Shown here: positions 63,708 through 64,000 of the stretch, in pieces
How positions within the stretch are numbered: position 1 is the first letter of the stretch
Layout of the letters: each line of letters opens with the position of its first letter
Assembly: GCA_017412145.1 (NCBI GenBank)
Contig: JAFPYO010000025.1
Location: 12,378-76,377, forward strand
Source of the DNA: Prevotella sp.
Lineage (GTDB): Bacteria > Bacteroidota > Bacteroidia > Bacteroidales > Bacteroidaceae
DNA: 64,000 bases
Direction: 5' to 3'
Program-made: the position numbers and the translations under genes
The notes under the pieces: generated by a model
The model's database searches: none
Told to the model about the DNA's origin: nothing
What the model saw: the letters and a program-made list of their open reading frames with translations, nothing else

Positions 63708-64000
63708 CTATTTGAATAAAAAGCTATTAGATACGACTTCGTTTAAAACCCTTTCTGTCAACTCTCCAAATATTGGGCCATTTGCTATTTGGCATAAACC
63801 TCCCCACGTCAAATTTGCCTCAATTAGCATAGGCTCACCATTTTGGCCTATAGTAAAATCCCATCCGATTAACTTTGTAACTCTACACATTCTTGGAGCA
63901 AGTAACTTAGCATATTGAACGCATTCATGATAGCCTGGTATGAATGTCTCGCCAAAAATGACACCATTGGGATGTTCTTCATAACTATTTCCATGGCCGT
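63708..64000 (-). CDS. Second ATP-grasp paralogue, 5' part outside window
   Basis: Frame stays open to base 64000; C-terminus KLIGWDFTIGQNGEPMLIEANLTWG aligns with the preceding gene. Confidence 0.5.
   Translation of the reverse strand, partial: GHGNSYEEHPNGVIFGETFIPGYHECVQYAKLLAPRMCRVTKLIGWDFTIGQNGEPMLIEANLTWGGLCQIANGPIFGELTERVLNEVVSNSFLFK

Overview
This is a Bacteroidota-type chromosomal segment, probably Bacteroidales/Prevotella-like. The assignment is an inference from four things: TAnnTTTG -7 promoter boxes in front of most operons, a T9SS C-terminal sorting domain, a Na+-NQR operon, and a Rho with a long N-terminal insertion. Most of the window is core housekeeping: pheS, htrA, rpoD, radA, nadE, nqrFEDCBA, a tamB-like gene, rpsA, rho, tRNA-Asp, recR, cstA, GH29 and GH3 glycosidases, M3 and M18 peptidases, rny and zapA.

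Accessory content falls into five groups:
- A four-gene module downstream of rpoD (4.9-7.2 kb) encoding a secreted Lys-rich protein, an HPr-kinase-like P-loop protein, an S24/S26-like peptidase and a PqqD-like protein.
- An AT-richer islet (20.0-22.9 kb) with a T9SS leucine-rich-repeat surface protein, a 355-bp ORF-free structured region and a PIN toxin pair.
- An uncharacterised NifU-like + GGGtGRT gene pair (43.0-44.7 kb).
- A polysaccharide locus (52.7-64.0 kb) whose distal part is clearly AT-richer. That part carries MBOAT + SGNH partner genes and two tandem ATP-grasp paralogues.
- No CRISPR array, transposase or integrase was seen.

The most unusual sequence-level signal is a set of short stuttered word tracts, each lacking G or C on one strand. 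They fill operon spacers. Closely related copies also sit in frame inside unrelated conserved genes: the PagL-like gene, radA, the tamB-like gene and the GH3 gene.

All family assignments come from motifs read by eye. No searches were run. Coordinates of small motifs may be off by 1-2 nt.
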